Of a stretch of 64,000 bases of DNA, positions 30,748 to 41,386 are shown piece after piece. The stretch lies in assembly GCA_026986575.1 (NCBI GenBank), contig JALSOH010000006.1, positions 352,001-416,000 on the forward strand, read 5' to 3'. The notes below the pieces were generated by a model, which saw only the letters and a program-made list of their open reading frames with translations, made no database searches and was not told the origin of the DNA. The position numbers and the translations under genes were made by a program. How positions within the stretch are numbered: position 1 is the stretch's first letter; every line of letters starts with the position of its first letter. This DNA comes from Thermoproteota archaeon (lineage in GTDB: Archaea; Korarchaeota; Korarchaeia; Korarchaeales; Korarchaeaceae).

Positions 30748-31462
30748 CCCCCCCGAGATCTTCCTCGTAGGAGTGGATGAAAGTCTGGGGAAGCTGGGGG
30801 ATTATGTTCTATCCAAGGGCCCCCTCACCGATAAGAGGTGGGGCGTCTCCGTAACTGGTCCCACAGAACTCCTCCTGAGGAATATGGGGCTGAGGGCCCT
30901 AGCTAGGTTATCGGTGTGGGAGAGGGATGCACTCAAGAGAATCCACGAAAAGGCCCTAGATAGCGTCCTAAGCTTCATCAGATCCTTGAATCCTGTTCCA
31001 GACTTCGTGCTAGTGGCAGATGACTGTGCCTCCTATGAGGGGCCTCTCCTACCTAGGTGGTACATTGAGGAACTTTATCTGAGCTCACACGAGCTCCTAG
31101 CCGAGGAGATAAGGTCTGTTGGCGCTGCAGCCTTCTTGCACGCGGACGGTAACTACGGGTCCTACTTCAGGGAGATTGGGAGAATATGGGACCTCGTGCA
31201 CCCGCTTGACATACATCCTAGGGGCGACCTCACGGACTATATGAGTTGGTTGAAGGCAGCAGCTAAGATCAGATCGAAAATAGGTAGCACGATCGCCACT
31301 GGAATAGCTTTCGAGCTAGGCAGTGAGGAATTAATCGTTAGAGCCGTGAAGGAACTCCTCAAACGGGACGTAGGGGATATAGTGCTCTCTAACTTCCATC
31401 CACCTATGACCAGATTGGATGTGAGGATGTTAGTGGGGATGATCAGGGATGCCCTGTCCTGA
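30737..31462 (+). CDS. Uroporphyrinogen decarboxylase/methyltransferase (URO-D)-like protein, short
   Basis: VADDCA..GPLLP, FLHADGN, LSNFH resemble the URO-D/MtbA barrel. Confidence 0.55.
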   Translation: MAGDPPEIFLVGVDESLGKLGDYVLSKGPLTDKRWGVSVTGPTELLLRNMGLRALARLSVWERDALKRIHEKALDSVLSFIRSLNPVPDFVLVADDCASYEGPLLPRWYIEELYLSSHELLAEEIRSVGAAAFLHADGNYGSYFREIGRIWDLVHPLDIHPRGDLTDYMSWLKAAAKIRSKIGSTIATGIAFELGSEELIVRAVKELLKRDVGDIVLSNFHPPMTRLDVRMLVGMIRDALS

Positions 31463-32054
31463 CCCGGAGCAGGTCGCCGAAGAGCTCCTCAAATCCATCA
31501 GGACGGGATGCGAAGCTTTTTGGAGCCAACTCAATGCGTTAACAGCGGACTGCAGGACTCCCACGAGGGGGATCGTTCCAAGATACGTGCTAATCTCGCT
31601 CGGAGACGCCATAGGTAAGAGAGCCCGCGTGGAGGACATCAGTCCGATGAAGGAGTGTTGGTGTGAGTCGGACGACGAGGTTAGAACGGTTCTAGCTGTT
31701 GTATTGAGTAGGTTGGCCATGATCTGTCCGGAAGAAGTGTTCTCTTCGCTGAGAGGGCTTGACTGCGGGGGCAGAATGCTTCTAGCGAGGTGGGTCTATC
31801 CTGTGCTAGGGCTGTGGAGCACATCCTACTTAGATTCCTTGGAGCGGCGAGATCTCTTCCTCTTGAGCTGGGCGTGGTACGCTAGGTACGTGCCAGAAGA
31901 CCTCGAGCTGTCCTTGGACAAGGTGCTCAGCAAATCGGATGTCATCGATAAATACTTGGTAATGGCGCTAAAGGAGCTCCGAAAGGTGAATCCCTCCAAG
32001 ATCGTGGATAAGTTGAGGGACAGGCCCGGCCTCCTCAGGAAAGTAATTCCTTGA
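31449..32054 (+). CDS. Hypothetical helical protein
   Basis: 201-aa ORF overlapping the previous gene. Confidence 0.6.
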   Translation: MPCPDPEQVAEELLKSIRTGCEAFWSQLNALTADCRTPTRGIVPRYVLISLGDAIGKRARVEDISPMKECWCESDDEVRTVLAVVLSRLAMICPEEVFSSLRGLDCGGRMLLARWVYPVLGLWSTSYLDSLERRDLFLLSWAWYARYVPEDLELSLDKVLSKSDVIDKYLVMALKELRKVNPSKIVDKLRDRPGLLRKVIP

Positions 32055-32673
32055 TAAGGAGAGCCTCTTTCAAAGTAAGCTGACCTGGTGCAGCTGCTTC
32101 TCCCAAGAAAGAGTAGATGAGAGGCGATCCTAAGAGAGCAGCCATTCTCCTGCTAAACGAGGCCTTCTCACCCATGGAGAAGGCAACCAGCCTTCCCCGG
32201 TGATCCACTCTCTTGTAGAGGTTCAGGACGCGGTACGCCTCGAGTTCGTCCATCGCTAAGGTAACCACTTTGGCCAGCCCGCCAGCACTGAGAAGCCGAT
32301 TGGATATCCGCAACAAGACATCCATGTCTGGCGTTCCACTGGGATCGTGCCAGGAATAGATGGCGTTAGCGATCCTAAGGCCTCTCATAGCGAGTTCGAA
32401 CTCCACATCCACTAGCCTCGAGATCCTCGCCAGGGATTCTAGGTACTCATGTGAGGGTTCAGATCCCCTTCCCCCATGCCTCTCAGTCCTCCATGTGAGC
32501 AGAGTTCTCCCCTCCATCCCCTCTATCAGATCTCTAACCCTCTCGAGATCAGGAGGGGAATCCCAGATGAGGTCCATCCTGAACTCCACGATATCGCTTC
32601 CCATCGACAGGGCCCGCTTAGCCTCTTTTCTGGCCTCTTCCAAGTTTCCACTGACGGAGGTGACGATCATCAT
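32035..32673 (-). CDS. aroD: Type I 3-dehydroquinate dehydratase
   Basis: EFRMD, LTWRTERHGG, SWHD..GTP, AKVV, FSMG, SR, AAPGQL. Confidence 0.9.
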   Translation of the reverse strand: MMIVTSVSGNLEEARKEAKRALSMGSDIVEFRMDLIWDSPPDLERVRDLIEGMEGRTLLTWRTERHGGRGSEPSHEYLESLARISRLVDVEFELAMRGLRIANAIYSWHDPSGTPDMDVLLRISNRLLSAGGLAKVVTLAMDELEAYRVLNLYKRVDHRGRLVAFSMGEKASFSRRMAALLGSPLIYSFLGEAAAPGQLTLKEALLIKELLS

Positions 32674-33449
32674 TTCAGGTGCACCGCTGCCTCCTCAGGG
32701 TCACATCCCTCGAAGATTATCGAGGCTATGGCTCTCACCATCTTCTCCGGATTCTCATGCTGGAACACGTTCCTCCCAAAGGCCACGCCAGCAGCTCCCG
32801 CCTCCATGGCGCCGGCCACCATTTTCAGCACATCCAAGTCGTCCTTCATCTTAGGCCCGCCAGCTATTATGACCGGAACGCTCACCCCCTCTGTGACGAT
32901 CTTGAACGTGTCGGGATCGCCTGTGTAGGGAACCTTGACGATATCTGCGCCTAACTCTGCCCCCACCCTAGCCACATGGGCGATGAGGTTTGGATCATAC
33001 TTATCGCTGACGTTGGGGCCCCTAGCGTACATCATCGCGAGCAGAGGCATGCCCAACTCGTCCGCCTCAGACGCCACCTCACCCAACTTGATGAGCATGT
33101 CCGGTTCACTGGGCTCCCCTCCAACGTTCACGTGAACGCTAACACCGTCAGCACCGAGCCTAACTGCCTCGAGGACGTCTCCCACCCTGACCTTCCTGTT
33201 GGGTTCGGGACCGAGGGAAGTGCTGGCCGAGAGGTGCATCAGCACCGGGAGGTGGGCCCCCTTTAGAGCCTTGATCATCCCCTTGTGGAGGACGACGCAT
33301 GTGGCCCCACCAGAGGAGACCCTCTCCACGGCCCTCTCCACGTTCTCTATGCCCCTTATGGGCCCATCGGTCAAACCATGATCCATGGGAACACAGAGGA
33401 TCTTCCCCTCCCTAATTATCCTAGATAACCTCACTTCCTTGCCCCACAT
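32670..33449 (-). CDS. aroA': 2-amino-3,7-dideoxy-D-threo-hept-6-ulosonate synthase (DhnA-type aldolase)
   Basis: PMDHG..GP, HLSASTSL, MMYARG, ELGADIVK.PYTG, AGGPK, GRNVFQ; overlaps aroD. Confidence 0.85.
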   Translation of the reverse strand: MWGKEVRLSRIIREGKILCVPMDHGLTDGPIRGIENVERAVERVSSGGATCVVLHKGMIKALKGAHLPVLMHLSASTSLGPEPNRKVRVGDVLEAVRLGADGVSVHVNVGGEPSEPDMLIKLGEVASEADELGMPLLAMMYARGPNVSDKYDPNLIAHVARVGAELGADIVKVPYTGDPDTFKIVTEGVSVPVIIAGGPKMKDDLDVLKMVAGAMEAGAAGVAFGRNVFQHENPEKMVRAIASIIFEGCDPEEAAVHLK

Positions 33450-33510
33450 GGCGATCGATCACCGGACCGAGAGATGAATTATAAGGGTCCCTGCAACAGA
33501 AGCTGTAGAT

Positions 33511-34599
33511 ATGGAAGCAGCATCCCTCCTACTGAATCTCAGCATCGCAATCCTATCAGCTTACATGCTCTACAACGCCATAGAAAACTTGAGAGGCTTC
33601 AGAAGATTACCTAGACCAGATGAGACCTCATACTGCAGCAAGAGGATCTCCGTTATAATTCCCGCGAGGAACGAGGAGGGGAGGATAGGGAAGGCATTGA
33701 CCTCGATCTTGGGGAAGCTAGATCCGAACGACGAGGTCCTAGTGGTGGACGATGCCAGCTCGGACAATACGTACTCCGAGGCAATGGACCACTGCGACGA
33801 GAGGTGCATCCTGATAAAGGTTCTAGAGAGACCTGATGGGTGGAATGGGAAGCCTTGGGCATGCTATCAAGGTTACTTGCACTCCCGCGGCGATGTCCTC
33901 CTCTTCATGGACGCGGATGTCATCGTCAAGAGGGGAATAGAGGGAGTATGCGGTCTGCTCAATGAATACGACGCGCTTTCTCAGGTTCCAAGGATAAAGT
34001 GCGGCTCGCTGGCATGCGGATCCATAGAGATAGCCTTCACCTCTCTGCTCAGACTCACCTATCCCTACTGGAACATGAGTTATGAGAAGGGCTGGCTCGC
34101 TGGTGCCTTCATGTGGTGGAAGAGGTCGTCCTACGAGATCGTGGGGACCCACGAGTCCGTTAAGGATAGTCCGGTGGAGGACGCGGAGCTAGGCAGGAGG
34201 GCCGCGGGGAAGGGAATGAAGATAGCTTTCTTCACCGGTGAAATAGCGGAAAGCTCTTGGATCTCCTCTTGGCACGAGGGCCTACTCACCCTCACGAGGA
34301 TAATGACTGCTAGGGCGCCAAGGCCATTATCAGCTCTATTGGTGGCGTCAGTACTCATTTACGTGGCATTAGCCTCCTATTTGGTCCCAGTAACAGCGAT
34401 TATGGGTTACACGAATCCGATAATTTCGATCGTTTACTTGGTGTCCGTCTTTGGATATGCAGGCATCTCCTTCAAGGAAGTGGATGCAAATCCATTGTCC
34501 CTCGCTCTAGCGCCTGTCGGTCTCATTTTGCTGTCCGTGGCCATGGTGAGATCATCCCTAGGCGCTGAAATAGAGTGGAAAGGTAGGCTCTTGAAGTGA
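33511..34599 (+). CDS. Family 2 glycosyltransferase, membrane-bound
   Basis: IPARNEE, VDDASSD, GWNGKPWAC, FMDAD, VED, WKGR. Confidence 0.88.
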   Translation: MEAASLLLNLSIAILSAYMLYNAIENLRGFRRLPRPDETSYCSKRISVIIPARNEEGRIGKALTSILGKLDPNDEVLVVDDASSDNTYSEAMDHCDERCILIKVLERPDGWNGKPWACYQGYLHSRGDVLLFMDADVIVKRGIEGVCGLLNEYDALSQVPRIKCGSLACGSIEIAFTSLLRLTYPYWNMSYEKGWLAGAFMWWKRSSYEIVGTHESVKDSPVEDAELGRRAAGKGMKIAFFTGEIAESSWISSWHEGLLTLTRIMTARAPRPLSALLVASVLIYVALASYLVPVTAIMGYTNPIISIVYLVSVFGYAGISFKEVDANPLSLALAPVGLILLSVAMVRSSLGAEIEWKGRLLK

Positions 34600-34610
34600 A
34601 CCGGACTCGC

Positions 34611-35884
34611 CTACCCAAGTAGCTCCTCAAACATCTTCTTCTCCTTGCAGGTGGGACAATACCACACGAGCTCCGCGTATCTCTCGTCACCCCTCTTCCT
34701 TATCCTCTGCTCGAGCTTTTGGATCATCCTTACTGTCCCATCAAGCGGAGCGCCGCACCCTCTGCACTTGGCTATCTCGTCCTCAGCTTCCTCCACGAAA
34801 TTCCCAGTTATGAGCAGATGCGGATTTATCTCCCTGCTCAGCTCTATGGCGCTCTCCGGGCAGGATTCCTCACATGCTCCGCATCCTATGCACAGCTGAT
34901 GGGAGAATTCGAGTTTCAGCGTATCCCCCCCTAACAATTTTGAGGGCCTTCGTCGGACACACTTTTGGACAGACGCCGCAAAGCGTGCACTCATCGGAGG
35001 ATACCGACACTCTGAAGAAAGTTTAGGTGCTTCAAGTCAATCCATTCATCCCTGTCCTCCAGCTCGGATGCAATCAGGGCTGCTTCCAGCGATGCGTACT
35101 CGTTGAACCTCTCTATCTGAACGGACCTCCTCTCACCTCTTGGCAAGGTACTGAGCTCCTTCAAGTACGGGTCCAAGAGGTCAAGCCCGATGCCCCTGAA
35201 TTCAACCCCCATCTCCTTGGAGAGCAGTACGGCAACGAGCGGGAAGGACCCCTCTTGGGATCTAATGACGCTCCCATCCCTCACCTCCTCAAGCTTCGAT
35301 AGGGGAACTGCGTGAATGACATCGGATTCCCTCGCAAACCTCCTGAAACCGATGAGCGTGAAGCTAGGGGGTGTCAGATAGCCGACGGGACAAGCATTGA
35401 CGCACACCCCGCACTCCGTGCACCTGCTCAGGTCTATCTTGACAGGTTTCTCCTTAATTATGGCATTCTCAGGGCAGCTGTCGATGCAGAGGTAGCAGTG
35501 ATCGAGACTCGCACACCTGCTATCTACGAGGGGAGCATCCATGTAGTCGAAGGAGGCCTTGGCCATTCTTCTGATGAGTATCCTCCTCTTGAGGGGCTTC
35601 TCACCCATCACCCTGTATGGGGCCTCCGATTCGAGGTACTTGGAGTACTCCACGTACTTATTGGGGTCTTCCCAAGGTGGCGAGTAGACCACTCGGAGCC
35701 AGTTGGCTCCATACTTCCTGATCAGCCTTACAATCACCTTGGCCCTCTCGGGAGGACCCCTCAGCACCACTGAGATACCTTCGTCCAACTTCTGAGCTAT
35801 TTCTAGGGCTAAAGATTCCGCATCGGTCTCCTCACGTACCTCTATCAACTCGACCTCTTGAGACAAAAGTGAGCACCCTTCCAC
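34611..35884 (-). pseudogene. Poly[4Fe-4S] ferredoxin-domain protein interrupted by two +1 frameshifts (or two sequencing errors)
   Basis: ORFs 34991-35884 and 34611-34994 both carry Fe-S motifs; a third frame between them reads FRVSVSSDECTLCGVCPKVCPTKALKIVRG. Confidence 0.75.
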
Positions 35885-35921
35885 CGAGACCTAACATCCA
35901 AAAAAGATTGAGGGGCGCCGA

Positions 35922-36359
35922 TCACTCGGCTCCAAGCAGGACCCTCAGCAGCAGCATCGAGGCATCCATGACGTCTCTCATCGAGAGAACGCCGACGGGC
36001 TTGCCCTCCTCATCCACCACGGGTAGGTGGGATATGTCGGCATCCTTCATCTTCCTAGTGGCCTCTTCTACTGGCTCCTCAGGCTTTATGGTAATCGGAT
36101 TCTCGGTCATCACATCCCTGACCGGTATCCCCTTACCGCAAAGGCCCCTGTATCCCGTATACAATATATCCCTCTGGGTGACGATTCCAACGAGCTTACC
36201 ATCCTCATCTACTATGAGTACGCTCCCAACTTGGTTCTCCCACATGGTCTTGATGGCATCATCAACCGTCGCGGTCACCGGGAGTGTGATCGGAGGTTTA
36301 CTCATTATGTCCTCGACTCGAAGGGGGACCTTCCTCTTAGGTTTCCATGCAGGGGACAT
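35922..36359 (-). CDS. CBS-domain pair protein
   Basis: VEDIMS.PPIT, GKLVGIVTQRD, VMTENPIT, HLPVVD.GKPVGVLS. Confidence 0.92.
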   Translation of the reverse strand: MSPAWKPKRKVPLRVEDIMSKPPITLPVTATVDDAIKTMWENQVGSVLIVDEDGKLVGIVTQRDILYTGYRGLCGKGIPVRDVMTENPITIKPEEPVEEATRKMKDADISHLPVVDEEGKPVGVLSMRDVMDASMLLLRVLLGAE

Positions 36360-36549
36360 GCTATCACCTAATCAGCTTGAATAGGCAATAGCTTTAAACA
36401 TCACCGCACCTTGTCGGTTCCGGGAGCTGCGGGGCCTTCTCCCATATCCGGTAGTCTTCCTCTCGACGAACTCCCCTCCCGCTTGGAATAATCAATCGAC
36501 GTACAAACAGTTAATTTTCCTCACTAACGACTTGAATACGGTGACTCGG

Positions 36550-38505
36550 ATGCATAGAATGGGTAAGATCGCAGCGACCGTCCTTCTTATGCTCACATTA
36601 CTGGCGCCTCTAACCTCTGAGGCCTCTAACAGGAGCAGAGCATTCACCAGAGTTCCAGCAGTATATCAGACACCGGAAGGAATATCGATGGGTTCATTGG
36701 GAAACTTAACCGTCGAGGTCGAGCCTGGAGAGGGCTATGTTTACTTCTCCGCTGATCCTCTAACCCAGATAGACACTCAAGGGGCAGCCAGAACTGCTGC
36801 CTTGGTCGCTAGCTACACCTTAGGCAGGGATCCCCTTTCCTACAACTTCTACTATCGGTTGGAGTCCGATAGCATGATAATAGGTGGACCTAGCGCGGGG
36901 GCGGCCATGACCGTAGCTACGATAGCCGCTCTGCTGGGAAAGGAAGTCAGGCAGGATGTCGTGATGACGGGAATGGTGAACCCCGATGGGACGGTGGGGC
37001 CGGTGGGGGGTATACCGGAGAAGCTGGAAGCTGCCGCTAAGGGCGGAGCTAGGGTGTTCTTGGTTCCTGCAGGTCAGAGGGTAGTCGAGAGGACCGTGCC
37101 CAAGCAGGTGAAGATAGGGCCCCTCATAATGACTACCGTGGAGAAGGAGAAGGTGGACCTCGCCGAACTAGGGAAGAAACTAGGAGTGGAGGTCAAGGAG
37201 GTGAGCACAATCGCTGACGCTGCGCGCTACATGATCGGTATAGAGCTGGAGCGCCCAACCGCTAAGGAACCGACCCTCCCGAAGGAGCTCAAAGCGGTGA
37301 TAGAGAGGTGGGTAGATCACTATCTGAAGGAAAGCGAGTCCATAAGGGAGTGGGTGGAGGCGAACCTCAGCAAGCTTAGCTACATGGCTAGGAACGCGGT
37401 CGAGAAGGTTCTGGCATTATCGGAGGAGCTGTCGAACAAGGCCAAGAAGGAGTTGACGAGCGGACTGTATTATACAGCCTCGAGCTCAGCCTTCCAGTCT
37501 ACCTTCGAGGCCGAGTACGCGAGGTCCCTCGTCTACTTCGCCATATCTGGTCCCAAATCCATCGATCTTATAGCTGAGAGGGTGAGTGACAGGATAGATT
37601 CAGTCGGAAGTAAACTGAATGGGACGAGACCCAGCAGCCTGAGCTCTTTGGAGGCGTTGATAGCCGCCAAGACCCGTTACTACATGGCTAGAGACGCCCT
37701 CTCCAGAGCGACCCTGCTGGCATCCAAGAAAGTGTATTTCGACTCCACGGACTGGGGCGCCCTCCACTGGTTGTCCTACGCGTACTGGAGGGCGGAAACG
37801 GCTGAGACTTGGACATGGCTCTTCGGAGTGGGTAAGGGAGAGACAGTGCCGGAATCACGCTTGAGGAAAGTGGCTTCGGTCATGCTATACGAGGCGGAGA
37901 GCGTGGTATCATATGCGGTCAGCCTACTGCAGGACATTGGAGCCACATCCGATCTGCTCAACGAGGCCTCTGATGATCTCGATAGGGCAGGAGCTGCATT
38001 CTCTTCTGGAGACCTGTACGGGAGCTTGGGCCTGACCACCAGCGCCTTGGCGAAGGCGACGGCATCGATACACCAATGGTTCACCAGCGACCCCGAGGCC
38101 GTCCGGGATGCCCTCAGGAAGATGAGCTACTCCTCGATAAACGAACTACTTCGCAAGGGCATAATCCCCGTATTGGCATTAAGCTATGCGGAGACTGCCA
38201 AGATCTATGAGAGGTCAGGGAACCAATTTGATTCGATAGTCTACTTCGAGCTGAGCTCGGCTCACGCCCACATGCTGTCCTTGCTTACCTTGGCGGGTGG
38301 CCAGCCCAAGCAGACCCTTACCACGACGCCTACCGCAACGGGATCAGAGCTCCCCGCAACAACGCCCACCACGGTGATTGTCACAGTACCCCGAACTGTG
38401 ACATCGACCCCAGAGAGAACGGGCCTCCCCACTTCCCAGATGGTTCTGCTACTCGGGGCCCTCCTCATAGGGCTCCTCGCTGGCTACCTACTAGGTAAGC
38501 GATAA
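36550..38505 (+). CDS. Secreted, membrane-anchored S16 (Lon-like) serine protease
   Basis: Signal peptide, GGPSAG (Ser), GPVGGIPEK (Lys), Thr-rich linker, C-terminal TM. Confidence 0.88.
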   Translation: MHRMGKIAATVLLMLTLLAPLTSEASNRSRAFTRVPAVYQTPEGISMGSLGNLTVEVEPGEGYVYFSADPLTQIDTQGAARTAALVASYTLGRDPLSYNFYYRLESDSMIIGGPSAGAAMTVATIAALLGKEVRQDVVMTGMVNPDGTVGPVGGIPEKLEAAAKGGARVFLVPAGQRVVERTVPKQVKIGPLIMTTVEKEKVDLAELGKKLGVEVKEVSTIADAARYMIGIELERPTAKEPTLPKELKAVIERWVDHYLKESESIREWVEANLSKLSYMARNAVEKVLALSEELSNKAKKELTSGLYYTASSSAFQSTFEAEYARSLVYFAISGPKSIDLIAERVSDRIDSVGSKLNGTRPSSLSSLEALIAAKTRYYMARDALSRATLLASKKVYFDSTDWGALHWLSYAYWRAETAETWTWLFGVGKGETVPESRLRKVASVMLYEAESVVSYAVSLLQDIGATSDLLNEASDDLDRAGAAFSSGDLYGSLGLTTSALAKATASIHQWFTSDPEAVRDALRKMSYSSINELLRKGIIPVLALSYAETAKIYERSGNQFDSIVYFELSSAHAHMLSLLTLAGGQPKQTLTTTPTATGSELPATTPTTVIVTVPRTVTSTPERTGLPTSQMVLLLGALLIGLLAGYLLGKR

Positions 38506-38561
38506 GGGCGCATTACATCTTCCTCTCACCCATTTTATCCCTTCAGCACCGGACACACCTG

Positions 38562-38777
38562 ATGGCAACTCTAATAGATGACCTTGTGGAGTATAGGAGA
38601 GGCAGGAACTGGCTGAAGAGGAACGCTCCCTTGCTCAGGATGAGTTATAGAGGTAAGTATGTGGCGGTACTTGGGAACAGGGTCGTGGACAGCGACGAGG
38701 ACAGGTACAACCTCCTACAGAGACTCTGGTCTAGGGGACTCTATCCTGGACCTGTTATAATTCATCTCGTAGATTGA
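38562..38777 (+). CDS. Small DUF5678-like protein
   Basis: WL....L...YRGKYVAV...VVDSDED pattern. Confidence 0.6.
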   Translation: MATLIDDLVEYRRGRNWLKRNAPLLRMSYRGKYVAVLGNRVVDSDEDRYNLLQRLWSRGLYPGPVIIHLVD

Positions 38778-38963
38778 AGCCGTTTCCCAGCTATTTGAGG
38801 TCCACTGAATCACCTCGATCACTGATAAGCCTGAACAGATCACCATACAGGTTACTCCCTTAGGGACCCCTATTCAGTTAAAGAAAAATCCTAACCTTCC
38901 GGTGAAGTTCGATGGGAAGTAAGGGTTAAAAGCAAGCCGAATTAGGCCAGTTTAGGGTTCATC

Positions 38964-40190
38964 ATGACGAGCCGAAGGGAATTTTTGAAGATAGCGATAG
39001 CCGGTGTTGCCGGCCTTGTTGTCGGCGGAGCGGCCGGCTGGTCGCTTAGAGGACCAGGAATAAGCCCCGAGAAGATAGCTGAGTATGAGAAGGAGATAGA
39101 GAAGCTCAGGAAGCAGCTCGCGGAGAAAGGTGTGGTGACCACCACCGTGACGAAGACGATATCAGCGATGCCCAAGCATGAAGGTGCTTTGCATGTTTAC
39201 AACTGGTCCTATTACATTCAAGAAGCTTTGCTTGACATATTCGCTCAAGAGACAGGCATACCGAGAGATAAGATAGTCTACGATGTGTTCGAAGACCCGG
39301 CCGAGCCCTTCGCCAAGCTCGAGGCTGGTGGTAGCGGCTACGATGTGATAGTCCTTCCTGACAACGACGCGGCCCTCGCCATAAGGAGGGGGTATGTAAG
39401 GAAGCTGGATAAGTCCCTCATACCAAACGCCAAGTTCATGGATCCGAACTTCCTGAACCCACCGTTCGATCCCGGCAACAAGTACAGCTTCGTGTACATG
39501 TGGGGTACCACAGGTTACTCTTGGAGGAACGACCTCTGCCCTGAGGGGGTTAAGACGGTAAAGCAGATATTCGATCCCAATTACGGATTCCTCGAGAAGT
39601 ACAAGAAGAAGATAACCATGCTTCAAGAGGCTATAGAGGTTGTTCTCTCGGCCAAGGCCTATTTAGGCAAGGATCCCAACGACTGGAGCAATAGGACGAT
39701 GGAGGAAGTGAAGGAGGTCCTCATAAAGCAGAAGCCCTACCTCGCAGCCTATGCTGGTACCAGCGAGTACTTCCAAGGACTGGCTAATGGAAGTATATAC
39801 GTGGCTCACGCATATAACGGTGATATAGCAGTCTTTAAGGAGGAGGAACACCCGGAGCTTGCCGATAAGATAAGCTATGGCATACCTGAGGAGGGTGGAA
39901 CCAAGTGGACCGACAACCTCCTAATACCAAAGGACGCCCCGCATCCCATCGCCGCCCACCTGTTCATAAACTTCCTGCTCGACCCAGCAGTCGCGGCCGT
40001 TAACTCGAACTATATAAAATACGCGAACCCCGTGAAGGCATCTCAGCCACTCATGGAGGAGGATGTGCTCAAAGATCCGATAGTGTACCCGCCTGAGGAT
40101 GTGCAGAAGAGGCTGTGGTTCGTGCCAGTACTCACTGACGAACAGAAGGCCAAATTAAATGAGGTGTGGGAGGAGGTCCAGGCGGCTTAG
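38964..40190 (+). CDS. potD: Spermidine/putrescine ABC transporter substrate-binding protein, Tat signal
   Basis: SRREFLK twin-Arg signal; VYNWSYY, GYDVI, YMWGTTG, PEEG...WTDN. Confidence 0.9.
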   Translation: MTSRREFLKIAIAGVAGLVVGGAAGWSLRGPGISPEKIAEYEKEIEKLRKQLAEKGVVTTTVTKTISAMPKHEGALHVYNWSYYIQEALLDIFAQETGIPRDKIVYDVFEDPAEPFAKLEAGGSGYDVIVLPDNDAALAIRRGYVRKLDKSLIPNAKFMDPNFLNPPFDPGNKYSFVYMWGTTGYSWRNDLCPEGVKTVKQIFDPNYGFLEKYKKKITMLQEAIEVVLSAKAYLGKDPNDWSNRTMEEVKEVLIKQKPYLAAYAGTSEYFQGLANGSIYVAHAYNGDIAVFKEEEHPELADKISYGIPEEGGTKWTDNLLIPKDAPHPIAAHLFINFLLDPAVAAVNSNYIKYANPVKASQPLMEEDVLKDPIVYPPEDVQKRLWFVPVLTDEQKAKLNEVWEEVQAA

Positions 40191-41386
40191 AGGAGTCTCT
40201 CCTCCTCCACGAATATCTTCATTCCCCTCTTTTTCAGCTCCTCGAAGAACGGCAGGGGTTCTATTACCTCCTCTGGGTGCTTCACACCCACGGCCTTAAT
40301 CTTGCCAGTGGCCATCCACTGGACCGTTATCGAGGTCGGCGTTCCGACGGTCACGGCCTGCGCGCTCAGGTTCCACTTCTTGTGCCACTCAGTATGTATG
40401 TCAACGGTGATCCTGACCCTCTTACCTCCTTTCTCACCCTCAGCTATGACCCTCATAACGTCGTAGTCGTTGGGAGGTATCTCCTTACCCTCCAGAGTTT
40501 CCATGACCAGCTTCCTCACCAGATCCCTAGGCACGATTTCAACGTCGCCTACCTTCACTGAGGTCTTCTTGGTGAGTCCCAGATCCGTGAGCAGCTTATA
40601 CTTGAGGAACAGGTCGTCGGGGAACGATATTCTGTAATCCACGAACTTCAGGCCCTTGTGTTTGAACACCTCGCCTACAGTCCAGACCTCAGGGTGCTCG
40701 ATATAGTACATCTTTTGTCTGCCCACTGGCTCGGGGAAGTCCATGACCTCGTAATCCCTGACCGGCTCCACCAGCTTGATTTCCCCGTTCTCCCAAACCT
40801 CCACCGGGTCCATGAACTCGTCGAATATGCAGTCTAGGGAGTAGGGAACGGGGAGCGGTATCCCGAGTTTGTCGTAGTCGTTGAAGTCTACCCATCCCTC
40901 TCTGAGTAGGATCTTCTCGACCCTGTCGAGCAGCTCGACCGCGTATCTAGCCTCCACATTTATCATCCCGGGACATCCGCCCATGCCCGGAATGGCGAGT
41001 AAGCCCGCCTTCCTGTAATCTTCGTCCATTTCCAGCTGCTTCTTCAGTATGGGGACCTCGCTACCCAGATCGGTGTAGTGCACGCCGGCCTTGAGGGCCG
41101 CCTGCATCACTTGGGGTATGAAATAGTAGATTATCCCGTTGACCACGACGTCGGCTCCCTCGAGGAGTTTAGCGGTCTCTTCAACGTTTCTTACATCAAC
41201 TCTGGCATATTCGAGCTTCTTTCTGGTAGTGAACTTCTTTGCATCTTCTACAACGGCCTTCGCCCTCTCCTCGTAGAGGTCAGCTACCAGTATCTCGTCC
41301 ACGTGAGGGCTTACCTCATCATCCGCAAGATCGTAGACTATCGCCGGAGCTACGACCCCAGCTCCCAAAACTACAACGCGAACCAA
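40187..41386 (-). CDS. Saccharopine dehydrogenase-family oxidoreductase
   Basis: VLGAG Rossmann start, GVHYTDLG, GMGGCPG, HPE; start placed at TTG after GGGGTGA. Confidence 0.85.
   Translation of the reverse strand: MVRVVVLGAGVVAPAIVYDLADDEVSPHVDEILVADLYEERAKAVVEDAKKFTTRKKLEYARVDVRNVEETAKLLEGADVVVNGIIYYFIPQVMQAALKAGVHYTDLGSEVPILKKQLEMDEDYRKAGLLAIPGMGGCPGMINVEARYAVELLDRVEKILLREGWVDFNDYDKLGIPLPVPYSLDCIFDEFMDPVEVWENGEIKLVEPVRDYEVMDFPEPVGRQKMYYIEHPEVWTVGEVFKHKGLKFVDYRISFPDDLFLKYKLLTDLGLTKKTSVKVGDVEIVPRDLVRKLVMETLEGKEIPPNDYDVMRVIAEGEKGGKRVRITVDIHTEWHKKWNLSAQAVTVGTPTSITVQWMATGKIKAVGVKHPEEVIEPLPFFEELKKRGMKIFVEEERLL

Noticed and set aside
34611-34994. Stand-alone 127-aa ferredoxin gene
   Set aside because: Its N-terminus is an out-of-frame reading of an Fe-S motif belonging to the upstream gene
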